Shown one piece after another: positions 30,866 through 41,883 of a stretch of 64,000 bases of DNA. The notes beneath the pieces are model-generated. The model made no database searches and was not told where the DNA came from. It worked only from the letters and a program-made list of their open reading frames with translations. Every line of letters begins with the position of its first letter. Positions within the stretch are counted from its first letter, which is position 1. Origin of the DNA: an uncultured delta proteobacterium (lineage in GTDB: Bacteria > Desulfobacterota > Syntrophia > Syntrophales > Smithellaceae). A program made the position numbers and the translations under genes. The stretch lies in contig CAVSRI010000002.1 in the NCBI GenBank assembly GCA_963730275.1, forward strand, positions 25,704 to 89,703, given 5' to 3'.

Positions 30866-32290
30866 ATGGCTTTTTTGGAAATTGATAGGACACTAAAATA
30901 CAAAATTGCCGATATTTCTCTGGCTTCGTTTGGCCGAAAAGAAATGCAATTGGCAAAAAATGAAATGCCCGGTCTTATGGCTGTGCGCGAAAAATACGGC
31001 CGTAAGAAACCTCTTTATGGATTGAAGATAATGGGCTCTCTGCATATGACCATTCAAACGGCTATGCTTATTGAGACATTGAAAGAATTGGGGGCCGATG
31101 TTCGCTGGGCATCCTGTAATATTTTTTCGACTCAAGATCATGCAGCGGCCGCGATAGCTAAAGCCGGTTCTGCAGCGGTTTTTGCCTGGAAAGGCGAATC
31201 TCTGGATGAATATTGGTGGTGCACCGAGCAGGCGTTAACTTGGCCTGATGGTTCCGGTCCCGATTTGATCGTTGATGATGGGGGCGATGCGACACTATTC
31301 ATTCATCAGGGAGTCAGGATTGAAAAAGCTCCTCAACTACTGAAACAAAAAATTGAAAATAAAGAATTTAAAATCATTATTTCCCGTTTGGAGAAATCTT
31401 TGAAGCGTGACCAGAAAAGATGGCAAAAGGCGACCGCTAAAATTCGCGGAGTTTCCGAAGAAACAACAACAGGCGTGCATCGCCTTTATCAAATGCATGC
31501 AGCAGGAGAACTATTGTTTCCGGCAATAAATGTTAACGATTCAGTTACTAAATCAAAATTCGATAATCTTTACGGATGTCGTGAATCGCTAGCTGACGGC
31601 CTTAAAAGGGCAACGGATGTAATGATTGCCGGCAAGATCGTTGTTGTTTGCGGTTATGGAGATGTCGGGAAGGGTTGCGCCCAATCAATGAGAGGTTTTG
31701 GCGCCCGGGTGATTATCACGGAAATCGATCCAATTTGCGCGCTGCAAGCAGCGATGGAAGGGTATGAGGTCAGGACATTGGAAGAAGTGGCGGCTAGCGG
31801 CGATATTTTTGTGACCGCCACCGGCTGTTGCGACGTCATTACCGGCAAACACATGGAAATAATGAAAGATGAAGCTATCGTCTGCAATATTGGCCATTTT
31901 GACAGCGAAATCGGCATGCAATATTTAGAGACAAGCAAATTCTGTAAAAAAGAGAATATTAAACCGCAGGTGGATAAGTGGAAACTCAAATCGGGACGCT
32001 CCATAATAATATTAGCGGAGGGCAGATTGGTTAATTTAGGATGTGCCACCGGTCATCCCAGCTTTGTCATGAGTAATAGCTTTACCAATCAATGCCTGGC
32101 GCAAATAGAACTGGCCACCAAGAAACATAAAATAGGCGTTTTCACTTTGCCGAAGATATTGGATGAAGAAGTCGCCCGGGTGCATTTAGGTAGATTGGGT
32201 GCGCGGGTGACCAAATTGACGCGAAAACAAGCAGATTATCTGGGCCTATCGATAGAGGGGCCATTTAAACCGGAATACTATAGATATTAG
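30866..32290 (+). CDS. ahcY: Adenosylhomocysteinase
   Basis: [39 protein letters not shown]. Confidence 0.98.
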   Translation: MAFLEIDRTLKYKIADISLASFGRKEMQLAKNEMPGLMAVREKYGRKKPLYGLKIMGSLHMTIQTAMLIETLKELGADVRWASCNIFSTQDHAAAAIAKAGSAAVFAWKGESLDEYWWCTEQALTWPDGSGPDLIVDDGGDATLFIHQGVRIEKAPQLLKQKIENKEFKIIISRLEKSLKRDQKRWQKATAKIRGVSEETTTGVHRLYQMHAAGELLFPAINVNDSVTKSKFDNLYGCRESLADGLKRATDVMIAGKIVVVCGYGDVGKGCAQSMRGFGARVIITEIDPICALQAAMEGYEVRTLEEVAASGDIFVTATGCCDVITGKHMEIMKDEAIVCNIGHFDSEIGMQYLETSKFCKKENIKPQVDKWKLKSGRSIIILAEGRLVNLGCATGHPSFVMSNSFTNQCLAQIELATKKHKIGVFTLPKILDEEVARVHLGRLGARVTKLTRKQADYLGLSIEGPFKPEYYRY

Positions 32291-32347
32291 TTTACGGGTT
32301 CATAAAAATCCAGATTATCCAATCTCCCGGATAATATTTTAGCGGTA

Positions 32348-33427
32348 CTAAGTACGTGCTTTATGAAATAATGCCAAGGCGATGGAAATAAACAAGATAT
32401 TTGCTGCCCAGGCGGCGATGATCGGAGATAGTGTTCCGGAGCGGCCCAGAGACATACTAAACGCATGAATTATCCAATAGGAGGCCCCGATAAGAATGCC
32501 CATTCCCACGCTTTGCATTACACCACCGCTTCTTTCCGAACGTAGAGAAAAAAAGACACCGATGAAAACAAGAATTATGGTTACGAGGGGAAAGGCTATT
32601 TTGCCCTGTAAATCTACGAGATATCTGGTGACGTCATATCCTTCCGCCTGTATTTTTTTGACATATTTTCTCAGTTCGAAATAGCCCATTTTTTCCGCGT
32701 CTTTTTGTATTATTTTGAAATTATCAGGTCTTTCAGGAATATTAATTATTTTTTCTTCTGCCCACTCTAAGACGGGAATATTATTGCTGTCAAAAGTAGT
32801 GATAAGCAAGTTATGAAAAATCCAATGATCATCATTCCACTCAGCGCTTTTGGCATCTATGCGCATATTTAAAGTAAAATCGGGATTTAAATAATTAATA
32901 GTTACGCCGCGCAAAGTGTTAGTGTTAACATCAAACATTTTGAAATTATAAATCGCATTTCCCGAACGGTACCAAATCTCATTTTGTTTAAAGAAACCCA
33001 GCGCCTGCTGTTTTTGGATTTCAATTTTTATGATATTTTCAGTTTTTTGTATCGATGCCGGTGTTATCAGCTCGCTGAAATAGAATAAAAAAACAGCTAA
33101 TACTGCCGCGAATATCAGGGCAGGAAGGGAAATTCTATAAAGGCTAATCCCGTTGGCTTTCAGCGCCGTTATTTCATTGTGTTTGGAAAGTGAGCCGTAA
33201 GCCATCAGCGTTGCCAAAAGAACGGCAAAGGGAAAAACAAGAGAAATAATCATGGGAATAGAGTAAAAAAAATATGATGCCATTTGGGCGACAGATGCGT
33301 TATTACTAAGAAACATACGAATTCTTTCGAAGGAATCACCAATAAGGTAAAGAGCGATAAAAGTTATGCTGATTATGATGAATAATTTACTGAATTCCCT
33401 GATAATATACCTGTCAATTATCTTCAA
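32348..33427 (-). CDS. lptG: LPS export permease LptG
   Basis: IIDRYI start, NEITALKANGIS, AAWAAN; downstream of lptF. Confidence 0.9.
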   Translation of the reverse strand: MKIIDRYIIREFSKLFIIISITFIALYLIGDSFERIRMFLSNNASVAQMASYFFYSIPMIISLVFPFAVLLATLMAYGSLSKHNEITALKANGISLYRISLPALIFAAVLAVFLFYFSELITPASIQKTENIIKIEIQKQQALGFFKQNEIWYRSGNAIYNFKMFDVNTNTLRGVTINYLNPDFTLNMRIDAKSAEWNDDHWIFHNLLITTFDSNNIPVLEWAEEKIINIPERPDNFKIIQKDAEKMGYFELRKYVKKIQAEGYDVTRYLVDLQGKIAFPLVTIILVFIGVFFSLRSERSGGVMQSVGMGILIGASYWIIHAFSMSLGRSGTLSPIIAAWAANILFISIALALFHKART

Positions 33428-33437
33428 TTTATAATCC

Positions 33438-34595
33438 TTAATTATTTAGAGTTTTACGCCAAAGTAAAATCTTTGCCATATGCCAGAGAGATATTTCTCT
33501 ATACGCAGTGTAAAAGAAATAACCGCCCAGAAAAGCGAATGTTAAATTTGGTGTCCAGGCACCTATTACAGTAGAGAGGCGGCCTGTTTCGACCAGAGCC
33601 TCGCCGCCTATACGAAGCAGATAATATAAGGAAACAGCTATAATACCAACGGCAAAACCGCGCGATTTTACCGCCCGATGACTTCTTATTCCCAACGGCA
33701 AAGCCAGAATAGCGAAAAAAAGGCAGGAAAGGGGAATAGAAAATTTTTTGTGCACTTCAATTGCCAACTCACGGATTGAAGCTTCATCAAGACCCGGTTT
33801 TTTCATCTTTTCCAGCAGTTCACCCATCGTCATTTCCGTGCTTGATTTCGAATCTTCACGCATGCCGGCAATGGCAGTTGATAAATTAAGATTGATATCA
33901 TAACTTTCGAAATCGATTTTGCGGTAATTTTTTAAATCTGAACTTACTGTATGAACGGAGCCGTTTTCCAGTCTTAATTTTACTATCATCAAATCCGGGT
34001 CGGATATAAGAAAGGCTCTTTTAGCTAAAATCGTGTTTTGTTCGCCAATAATACGGCTGTCGGAAACAATGACTCCTTCCATGTATTTGCCATCAAGGGG
34101 AATTTTATCCGCATAAAGCAAAAAACCTTTGAAATCAGCGTTGAAGACTTTTTCTTTTATGCCGATACTGGCGTTTTGGGAAGCAATTTCGAAAAGCAAA
34201 CGTTTGGTGGCAAAATTGCTATATGGCACAAGAAAATTGCTTATAAATATGGTGAAAATAAACGTAGCCAAAGAAGCAATCGCCACAGGGTAATAAATTT
34301 GCAATAAACTGATGCCCGAAGCTTTAATCGCTGTTATTTCGTTATCGGCGGATAATCGCCCCAGGGCGATGAGTATGGCAATCAAAAGTGCGATGGGTAT
34401 GGTAAACAACATAAACGAAGGTAAAAGAAAGATAATGAGCTCGGCGATGGAGAATACACTGATACCCTTATTGACCATTAAATCCATTATTTGCAGGATT
34501 TTCCCCATGAGCAGGACGAAGGTCAAGACAAATAAAATGATGATAAAAGGTAAGGCTATTTCTTTAAATATATATCTGTCAATAATTTTACGCAT
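33438..34595 (-). CDS. lptF: LPS export permease LptF
   Basis: GRLSADNEITAIKASGIS, AWTPN. Confidence 0.9.
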   Translation of the reverse strand: MRKIIDRYIFKEIALPFIIILFVLTFVLLMGKILQIMDLMVNKGISVFSIAELIIFLLPSFMLFTIPIALLIAILIALGRLSADNEITAIKASGISLLQIYYPVAIASLATFIFTIFISNFLVPYSNFATKRLLFEIASQNASIGIKEKVFNADFKGFLLYADKIPLDGKYMEGVIVSDSRIIGEQNTILAKRAFLISDPDLMIVKLRLENGSVHTVSSDLKNYRKIDFESYDINLNLSTAIAGMREDSKSSTEMTMGELLEKMKKPGLDEASIRELAIEVHKKFSIPLSCLFFAILALPLGIRSHRAVKSRGFAVGIIAVSLYYLLRIGGEALVETGRLSTVIGAWTPNLTFAFLGGYFFYTAYREISLWHMAKILLWRKTLNN

Positions 34596-34808
34596 GCATT
34601 TAAACCACTATTTTTTAAATTAACATGTATTGGTTAATTTTCTCAAGTAAAACATGGTGGCCAGGTAAAATGTCTTAATAGCCTCTTAAAAATTATGTAA
34701 AAACAGGTATTGTTGCAATGTTTTATTGACAGCTGTCGCTATTTTGCCTATATTTCCCTCGAATTTCACCGAAATGTCGATTCTAGAAAGGATACGAATT
34801 GCTTGCCC

Positions 34809-36041
34809 ATGAAAGTTGATACTATGCGCCGGATTGATTATTACCTTGGCATTCCTCTTTGCTTTTTGGGAACATTAGGCCATAAAGTTATTAAATTGCT
34901 GGGCCGGCGCGGAAGGGAACCTTTACGCAACGTACTTTTTATCGAATTATCGGAAATGGGTAGCGCCATTTTAGTTGATCCCGCGATGAGAAAACTGCAA
35001 AAAAAAACCGGCGCTAATATCTATTTCGCCATTTTTAAAAAAAATAAGCCCAGTCTGGATTTACTGGAAACAGTTCCCGAGGAAAATATTTATTCGATTC
35101 GTGAAGGGAATTTTCTGACCTTTGTGCTCGATACATTAAAATTTTTTTTCTGGACCCGCAAGAAAAAAATTGATGCTGTAATCGACCTGGAGCTTTTCTC
35201 ACGGTTTACGGCCTTGCTTACAGGTTTCAGTGGTGCTCCATACAAAATTGGTTTTCATGCATATTTTAATGAAGGGCTTTACCGCGGCGGTTTTTTGTCG
35301 CATAAGGTAGCATACAATCCTCATATTCATATTGCCAAAAATTTTATTGCTATGATCAATGCTCTTCTTGCTTCTGAAAGGGAAGTTCCCTATTCAAAAA
35401 CGTTGATTTCCGATGACGAAATTGTTTTGACCAAGGTTGAATTCTCAGCTGCGGAGAAGAAGCCAATTATAGATATTATTCGCAGTTCTTTCGGCCAATT
35501 CAATCCAGAAAAGCATAAAATTATTTTAATTAATCCTAACGCCAGCGAACTTCTTATTCAGCGGCGGTGGCCACAAGCAAATTATACGCAATTAATTAAA
35601 ATGATTTTGGAGAACTGCTCCCGGGCAATAGTTTTAATTACGGGCGACACGCGGGAAAGAGAAGAAGCCGAGCGCCTGAGAAGCGAAGTGCAGGGGGAAA
35701 GGTGTATAAATTTTGCCGGAAAAGTGACGCTTGATCAGCTTTCACTCCTCTACAGTGTATCCGAATTCATGGTGACCAACGATTCCGGCCCACCGCATTT
35801 TGCTGCGGTAACGGATATGCCTACATTTGTCATTTTTGGCCCGGAGACACCTGCGCTCTACGGATCATTGGGAAAGACCACGCCTATTTATGCCGGCTTA
35901 GCTTGTTCGCCTTGCGTGAGCGCAGCCAATCACCGTAAAACTGCCTGCAAAGATAATATTTGCCTGCAGGTGATAAAACCCGAAAGAGTATTTGCGGAGA
36001 TTAAACCTACTTTAGAGAAGATAAATGCTGAAGACAAATAA
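34809..36041 (+). CDS. Glycosyltransferase family 9 (heptosyltransferase-like)
   Basis: RRWP, TNDSGPPHFA, FGP, CSPC; ATG 34809 preferred over the TTG in the track. Confidence 0.88.
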   Translation: MKVDTMRRIDYYLGIPLCFLGTLGHKVIKLLGRRGREPLRNVLFIELSEMGSAILVDPAMRKLQKKTGANIYFAIFKKNKPSLDLLETVPEENIYSIREGNFLTFVLDTLKFFFWTRKKKIDAVIDLELFSRFTALLTGFSGAPYKIGFHAYFNEGLYRGGFLSHKVAYNPHIHIAKNFIAMINALLASEREVPYSKTLISDDEIVLTKVEFSAAEKKPIIDIIRSSFGQFNPEKHKIILINPNASELLIQRRWPQANYTQLIKMILENCSRAIVLITGDTREREEAERLRSEVQGERCINFAGKVTLDQLSLLYSVSEFMVTNDSGPPHFAAVTDMPTFVIFGPETPALYGSLGKTTPIYAGLACSPCVSAANHRKTACKDNICLQVIKPERVFAEIKPTLEKINAEDK

Positions 36042-37470
36042 ACAAATATTTCTGCTGATCGGCTTATTCACTTTAATCCGCCTTATCGTGGCGCCATTTT
36101 TTGGCTTGGGTGTTGATGAAGCTCACTATGTTTTATACGCAAAATATATCGACTGGAGTTATGTAGATCATCCGCCGCTGGTCGGCTGGGTGCATGCGCC
36201 ATTTTTTTATCTTCTGGGCACAAATGAATTTTTAGCCCGCCTGCCGGCTATTTTACTGTTTGCCGCCACTTCTTACTGCGCATATTTGTTTGTATTAAGA
36301 GTAACGAAATCAATACAGATGGCGCTTTTGGCAACTCTGGCCTTGAACTGTTCCTTTATCCTCAATGTTATGGGACTGATGTTGTTGCCAGACTCTCTTT
36401 TGTTGTTGTTTATTTTCCTGCTTATATTTACTCTCGAAAAAATAGCACATGAAAAAAAGCCTCTAGATTTTGTTTTACTGGGGATTCTGCTCGGTTTAAT
36501 GGGACTAGCCAAGTACACTTCAATTTTACTAGTGCCGCCGCTCATCATATTTTTGCTGATGAAAAGAAGATACGATATAATCTTTTCCCCCTATATGTTT
36601 TTGGCGGTACTGATTGCTTTAATCATGATAACACCGGTAATTTACTGGAATATCAACCACGACTTTATCAGTTTCCGCTATCAGGGTTCTCATATCTTTG
36701 GATCTTTAGCCACAAGTTTTAATAATTTTATTGTATCCCTGGCGGCACAGTTTGGTGCTTACAGTCCTTTTTTATTTATCATTGCTTTTTATGGTTTTTT
36801 CAAGGTCTTGCGTTCCTCCAATGATTATTTGCGCCTGTCTGTATTATTCGGTGCCACGATAATTGTTTTTTTCCTAGTTACATCGCTCTCTGAAAGAACA
36901 CTTCCACACTGGCCTGGTATTTTCTATGTGCTGTTCATCCCTATCGGCAGCTACAATCTTTATCTAGCAAAAGAAAAATGGAAGAGAAACTATCTTTATT
37001 TATCGATAGGATTAAGTTTGGTCGTGATGTTATTTGCCTATGTTGAAGTTGCGGGAAAATTTTTTACTTTTCCCGATTACAAATCGCCGTTTCGCGATAT
37101 TTACGGCTTTCCGGAGATTGCCAGGAAAGCCGATGAGCTTCTGAAAAATAATTTATCGGCGGCGTCCAAAGCAATAACGGTGACCAACTGGACGATGGGC
37201 AGTAGGACAATGTATTACAGTTTGCCTTATAGAAATGAAGTATTTGTGATTGATAATCGCCAAGATCAATTCGATATCTGGCAAAAAAAATCGCCTATTG
37301 GTTATGATCTTCTTTTTCTCAATACTTATTTTAATAATTTAAATATTGAAAAGTATGTTGGTTGTGAACGTGTTGAAAACGCCGCCAAAATGGATTTAAT
37401 CCTGCACAAGGCAAAGGTAGATACGGTGGAATTTGTCTGGTGCTACAATTACAGGGGAGCTAAGCCTTGA
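36025..37470 (+). CDS. ArnT/PMT-like GT-C membrane glycosyltransferase
   Basis: DEAHY, YVDHPPL, LAKY, PHW; polytopic. Confidence 0.88.
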   Translation: MLKTNKQIFLLIGLFTLIRLIVAPFFGLGVDEAHYVLYAKYIDWSYVDHPPLVGWVHAPFFYLLGTNEFLARLPAILLFAATSYCAYLFVLRVTKSIQMALLATLALNCSFILNVMGLMLLPDSLLLLFIFLLIFTLEKIAHEKKPLDFVLLGILLGLMGLAKYTSILLVPPLIIFLLMKRRYDIIFSPYMFLAVLIALIMITPVIYWNINHDFISFRYQGSHIFGSLATSFNNFIVSLAAQFGAYSPFLFIIAFYGFFKVLRSSNDYLRLSVLFGATIIVFFLVTSLSERTLPHWPGIFYVLFIPIGSYNLYLAKEKWKRNYLYLSIGLSLVVMLFAYVEVAGKFFTFPDYKSPFRDIYGFPEIARKADELLKNNLSAASKAITVTNWTMGSRTMYYSLPYRNEVFVIDNRQDQFDIWQKKSPIGYDLLFLNTYFNNLNIEKYVGCERVENAAKMDLILHKAKVDTVEFVWCYNYRGAKP

Positions 37471-38081
37471 TCAAAAAATGGATCGCCGCTATTTTCTTTT
37501 TCGTTTGTTTGGTGCTGGTTGCCGTTTCCTATTTCTACTGGGATATTCCGCTGGTAATGTACTGCAAGGGATTAAATAGCTCAATAGTCGATATTGCTCA
37601 AATTATCACTATCCTGGGTGAATCTAGATGGTATTATATAATACTAGTGCCAGCGTTTGTATATTTCTGTTTTCTAGCTAAAAATAAACTATGGTCAATG
37701 AGGATTCTTTTTCTTTTTATATCAATATCGGCAGCAGGCCTGATTAGTACTTTAATTAAGTGGCTTGTCGGCAGATATAGACCAAGTATGCTAGATGAAG
37801 CTCTTTATGGTTTTAATTTTTTTGGCGCAGGTTATGAATTAACCTCTTTGCCTTCCGGCCATACAGTTACAGCTTTTTCTTTAGCTGCCGCGGTAAGTAT
37901 ATTATTTCCCCGCGTGAGCATCGCGGCCTTTATTATTGCCATATCTATAGGAATGACACGAATAGTATTAACGTCGCACTATTTGAGCGACGTAATTGCC
38001 GGCGCCGGTATCGGTATATTATCCACAATGCTCGTAAAATATTTTTTTGATCGAAAGAAAATCGAATTAATTCAGAAGTGA
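37467..38081 (+). CDS. PAP2 phosphatase (LpxE-like or undecaprenyl-PP phosphatase)
   Basis: K..VGRYRP, PSGH, TRIVLTSHYLSDV. Confidence 0.88.
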   Translation: MIKKWIAAIFFFVCLVLVAVSYFYWDIPLVMYCKGLNSSIVDIAQIITILGESRWYYIILVPAFVYFCFLAKNKLWSMRILFLFISISAAGLISTLIKWLVGRYRPSMLDEALYGFNFFGAGYELTSLPSGHTVTAFSLAAAVSILFPRVSIAAFIIAISIGMTRIVLTSHYLSDVIAGAGIGILSTMLVKYFFDRKKIELIQK

Positions 38082-38100
38082 ATAGGCGTAAATTATTTCC

Positions 38101-39768
38101 ATGCAAAAAAGATATATCCTGCTTTTAGTACCCTTTATTCTTTATATCGGCTTGCTCGGCATCATGCCGCAAATGGAGCCGGACGAAGCGCGATACAGCT
38201 TGATTCCCAGCGCCATGAACCAAACCGGTAATTTCATAACTCCGCACATTAAAAATGTTGTTTATCTGGAAAAGCCGCCGTTGGTTTACTGGGTGACAGC
38301 AATGTCATTTAAAATATTCGGGGAAAATGATTTTTCGGCAAGGCTATTTGCCGGTCTCTGCGCCTGGGGTTGTGTGTTACTGGCATATTTTATGGGGAAA
38401 TATTTCCGGGATGAAAAAACGGGACTTTATGCCGCGGCGCTCTTAACGATATCCACTTTTCCATTTGCCTTAGGCCGAATTAACGTATTGGATATGCCGC
38501 TGACTTTTTTCGTCTGTCTTTCCATCTGGCTGGGTTATTTATCTTTAACCGGGGAAAAGAAAAAATACCTCTATTATTTATTTTATTTTTCCTGCGCTCT
38601 TGCTTTTTTAACGAAGGGTGTTATCGGTGTTATATTTCCCTTTACTATATTGATTTTATGGCTGATATGGGTTGGTAAGTGGCGTCAAATATGGCAGCTA
38701 TTTTCGCCAATTGGAATATTGATATTTCTGATTATCGTCTGCCCCTGGCTGATTTTGGCGCAAAAAGAAAATTCCGATTTTCTCTGGTTCTTTTTTGTGC
38801 GTGAACATTTTCTGCGTTTTACCACGAAGATGCACGGTAAGATCGAGCCTTTTTATTATTATTTGCCGGTCATTATTGCCGGAACTATTCCGTGGTCGGT
38901 TTATCTGATCAAAGCCTGGAAGGGGAAATCAATTAAGGAGTGGCTATTCAGCCAGGAAGAAAATAAATTACTGGCGGTTTGGATTTTATTCATTTTTTTG
39001 TTTTATACGTTTTCTTCTTCCAAAGTGGCCACATATATTGCTCCCATATTTTTACCGCTTGCTATTTTTTCCGGTAATATTTTTCGCAATTACGAAGAGG
39101 ATTTATCGGAAGCAAGTAATGGCATGAAAGTATTTTACCGGATTGCCGTTATATTTCAGTCCCTGATAATAATCATTGCTTTTTTGCTGCCACCTGTATT
39201 GAAAAAATACTCCGATCCGGAAAAAGGACTGGTCATCATGACTTCCGGAGATTGGTGGTTATATATTTTATTGCCTTTACTGGTAACAATTTTGATGATT
39301 TTTCTGCCGGACCTGATTGTCCGAAAGTTAAGACGCGGCTGGTTTTTAACCATTTATTTGCTGTGCGCTGTATTTCTAGCCAGCATTCTTTTACCGGTAA
39401 ATGATTTTTTAGCGCCTTATCGCAGCGCTCGAGTTGCCAGGGAAGCAATTTTAAAATTTGTACCGGCTGGCCAGGATTTATATCAATATCGGGAAAATTT
39501 TTACGGCATTGACTTTTATAATAAGATAAGAACGCCGATAGTAGAAGACTTTGGCGAGTTGGCGGAAGGAATAGCCAAGCTTCCGTCAGTGGAAAGAGAA
39601 CGTTATTTTTTATCCAGGAAAGAGTTTTTTCAATTGTGCGCGCAAAGAAAAAGTGTTTATTGTATTACTCAGCACGAAAACAAGTTAAAAGAAATTAAAG
39701 AAAAAATGCCGAAGGTTGATGTGCTCTGGGACAATGGCGCTTTTTATTTGTTACATATAAAAAAATAA
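38101..39768 (+). CDS. arnT: 4-amino-4-deoxy-L-arabinose transferase ArnT-like
   Basis: PDEARY, YLEKPPLVYW, LTKG, PFYYYLP, SK..TYI.P; heads arnBCAD. Confidence 0.85.
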   Translation: MQKRYILLLVPFILYIGLLGIMPQMEPDEARYSLIPSAMNQTGNFITPHIKNVVYLEKPPLVYWVTAMSFKIFGENDFSARLFAGLCAWGCVLLAYFMGKYFRDEKTGLYAAALLTISTFPFALGRINVLDMPLTFFVCLSIWLGYLSLTGEKKKYLYYLFYFSCALAFLTKGVIGVIFPFTILILWLIWVGKWRQIWQLFSPIGILIFLIIVCPWLILAQKENSDFLWFFFVREHFLRFTTKMHGKIEPFYYYLPVIIAGTIPWSVYLIKAWKGKSIKEWLFSQEENKLLAVWILFIFLFYTFSSSKVATYIAPIFLPLAIFSGNIFRNYEEDLSEASNGMKVFYRIAVIFQSLIIIIAFLLPPVLKKYSDPEKGLVIMTSGDWWLYILLPLLVTILMIFLPDLIVRKLRRGWFLTIYLLCAVFLASILLPVNDFLAPYRSARVAREAILKFVPAGQDLYQYRENFYGIDFYNKIRTPIVEDFGELAEGIAKLPSVERERYFLSRKEFFQLCAQRKSVYCITQHENKLKEIKEKMPKVDVLWDNGAFYLLHIKK

Positions 39769-39787
39769 GAATTAGCAGGTGCTGTAA

Positions 39788-40939
39788 ATGAAAATAAGAA
39801 AAGATTTCTTGCCGTTTAGCAGGCCTTCAATTGGCGCTACCGAAATAAATAAAGTTGTAGACTGCCTCAAATCCGGCTGGATTACGACCGGAGCGCTCTG
39901 CCAGGAATTTGAAGCCGGTTTCTGCCAGCTTACAGGGGCAAAGAAAGCGATAGCGCTCAACTCGGCCACAGCGGGTATGCACCTAACTCTGACAGTGCTC
40001 GGTATCGGTGCCGGTGATGAAGTCATAACGCCTTCGATGACTTTCGCCTCCACAATTAATATGATAGCCTTACGAGGAGCAACACCGGTATTTGTTGATG
40101 TCGACTACGGCACGCTCAATATCAATGCCGCTTTGATAGAAGAAAAAATTACCCCCAAGACAAAGGCAATAATTCCCGTTCATTTCGCCGGAGCACCAGC
40201 CGATATGGAAAAAATAAATAAGCTCGCTCAAAAGTATAATCTACTCGTGATAGAAGACGCGGCTCATGCGGTTGGTACTTATTGCAAAGGTGTGCATGTC
40301 GGAGGATGGGGCCATATTGCCATTTTTTCCTTCCATCCGATTAAAAATATTACCACCGCCGAGGGAGGAATGATAACTCTGAACGATGTCTCTCTGGAAA
40401 AGAAATTGCGCCTCATGAGATTTCATGGGATCGAGCGGGATGCCTGGAGGCGATACGGCAAGGGCGGGAATCCTTCCTATGATATAATGGAGCCCGGCTA
40501 TAAATATAATATGCCGGATCTGCTGGCGGCGCTAGGTTTGGCTCAACTGGAGCGCTGGCCGGAACTGAATGCAAAGCGTTCTCAGCAGGCGCAGCTTTAT
40601 TTAGAAGGATTAAAAGGCGCAAAAGGTATAGATTTGCCGCAATCTCCCCAATACAAGCATATCCATGCCTGGCATCTTTTTGTGATCAAGGTTTTGGCTT
40701 TAGATAGAGATGAGTTTATGAACAAGCTTGCTGAATATAATATCGGCTATGGATTGCATTTTCCTCCAGCTCACACTTTAAGCTATGTAAAGAAAAGATA
40801 TGCGGCAAGCAGCGGCATGCTGAAGGAAACGGAAAGGGCGGCAGATAAGATTATATCCTTACCTTTATTTCCGGATATGCGAGAAGATGATGTTCAATAT
40901 GTTTGCGCAGCTATAAAGGAGATAGTAAATCATGGCTAG
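39788..40939 (+). CDS. arnB: UDP-4-amino-4-deoxy-L-arabinose aminotransferase
   Basis: FLPFSRP, SGWITTG, IEDAAHAVG, FSFHPIKNITTAEGG. Confidence 0.9.
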   Translation: MKIRKDFLPFSRPSIGATEINKVVDCLKSGWITTGALCQEFEAGFCQLTGAKKAIALNSATAGMHLTLTVLGIGAGDEVITPSMTFASTINMIALRGATPVFVDVDYGTLNINAALIEEKITPKTKAIIPVHFAGAPADMEKINKLAQKYNLLVIEDAAHAVGTYCKGVHVGGWGHIAIFSFHPIKNITTAEGGMITLNDVSLEKKLRLMRFHGIERDAWRRYGKGGNPSYDIMEPGYKYNMPDLLAALGLAQLERWPELNAKRSQQAQLYLEGLKGAKGIDLPQSPQYKHIHAWHLFVIKVLALDRDEFMNKLAEYNIGYGLHFPPAHTLSYVKKRYAASSGMLKETERAADKIISLPLFPDMREDDVQYVCAAIKEIVNHG

Positions 40940-41882
40940 CACTAAAATAGCTATTGTCATCCCCGTTTACAATGAAAAAGAAAACCTCCCGACTTTAATG
41001 CAAAGGCTTACATCCGTAATGCAAAGTTGGGGAAGAAGCTACGAGATAATATTCATTGATGACGGAAGCACGGATAATTCCTTAGAAATTCTTAAAGAAT
41101 TGGCACAAAAACCAGCGGTGAAAATAGTAGAATTAACGCGAAATTACGGACAGCATGCGGCCATCTTAGCGGGATTTTCCGTATCCGACGCCGAAATCAT
41201 CATTACCATGGATGCGGATTTGCAAAATCCTCCCGAAGAAATACCTAATTTAGTGAAAGTGATGGAAGAGGGCAATTATGATGTGGTCGGCACAATCAGA
41301 AAGGGACGCAAAGATTCCTTCTGGCGAATTTTTCCCTCCAAAATTATCAACATGGTCGCGCGAAAAATTACGGGCGTCAGCCTGCGGGATTGGGGATGTA
41401 TGCTGCGGGCCTACAGGCGCAGTGTGGTCGAAAGGATGATTGGGTGCCATGAGCATTCCACATTCATTCCGGCTTTGGCGACGCTTTTCTCCAAGCGCAT
41501 AACGGAAATAGAAGTGGCTCATGAGGAGCGGTTGGGCGGAAAATCGAGTTACCCTTTACGAAAGCTGATTAATCTGCAATTTGATCTGGTGGCGGCTTTT
41601 TCTAATTTACCGATAAAGCTGATTATGTACGGCGGTATATTGATGTCGCTGCTGGGCGTTTTTTTCGGAATTTTTCTGGCTATAGCGAGGTTGGTTTACG
41701 GCGCGCGCTGGGCGGCGGAAGGAATATTTACTCTATTTGCCGTTCTGTTCGTATTTGTCGGTCTGCAATTTTTTGCTCTGGGCATTATCGGCGAATACAT
41801 TGGCAGAGTTTACCGAGAAGTGCGCAAGCGGCCGGAATATGTGATTGAAAACATTTACAGCGCGAAAGGGAATAACAGGTAA
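40932..41882 (+). CDS. arnC: Undecaprenyl-phosphate L-Ara4FN transferase
   Basis: IPVYNE, DDGS, RNYGQH, DADLQNPPEEIP, GCMLRAY, HEHSTFIP. Confidence 0.9.
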   Translation: MASTKIAIVIPVYNEKENLPTLMQRLTSVMQSWGRSYEIIFIDDGSTDNSLEILKELAQKPAVKIVELTRNYGQHAAILAGFSVSDAEIIITMDADLQNPPEEIPNLVKVMEEGNYDVVGTIRKGRKDSFWRIFPSKIINMVARKITGVSLRDWGCMLRAYRRSVVERMIGCHEHSTFIPALATLFSKRITEIEVAHEERLGGKSSYPLRKLINLQFDLVAAFSNLPIKLIMYGGILMSLLGVFFGIFLAIARLVYGARWAAEGIFTLFAVLFVFVGLQFFALGIIGEYIGRVYREVRKRPEYVIENIYSAKGNNR

Positions 41883-41883
41883 G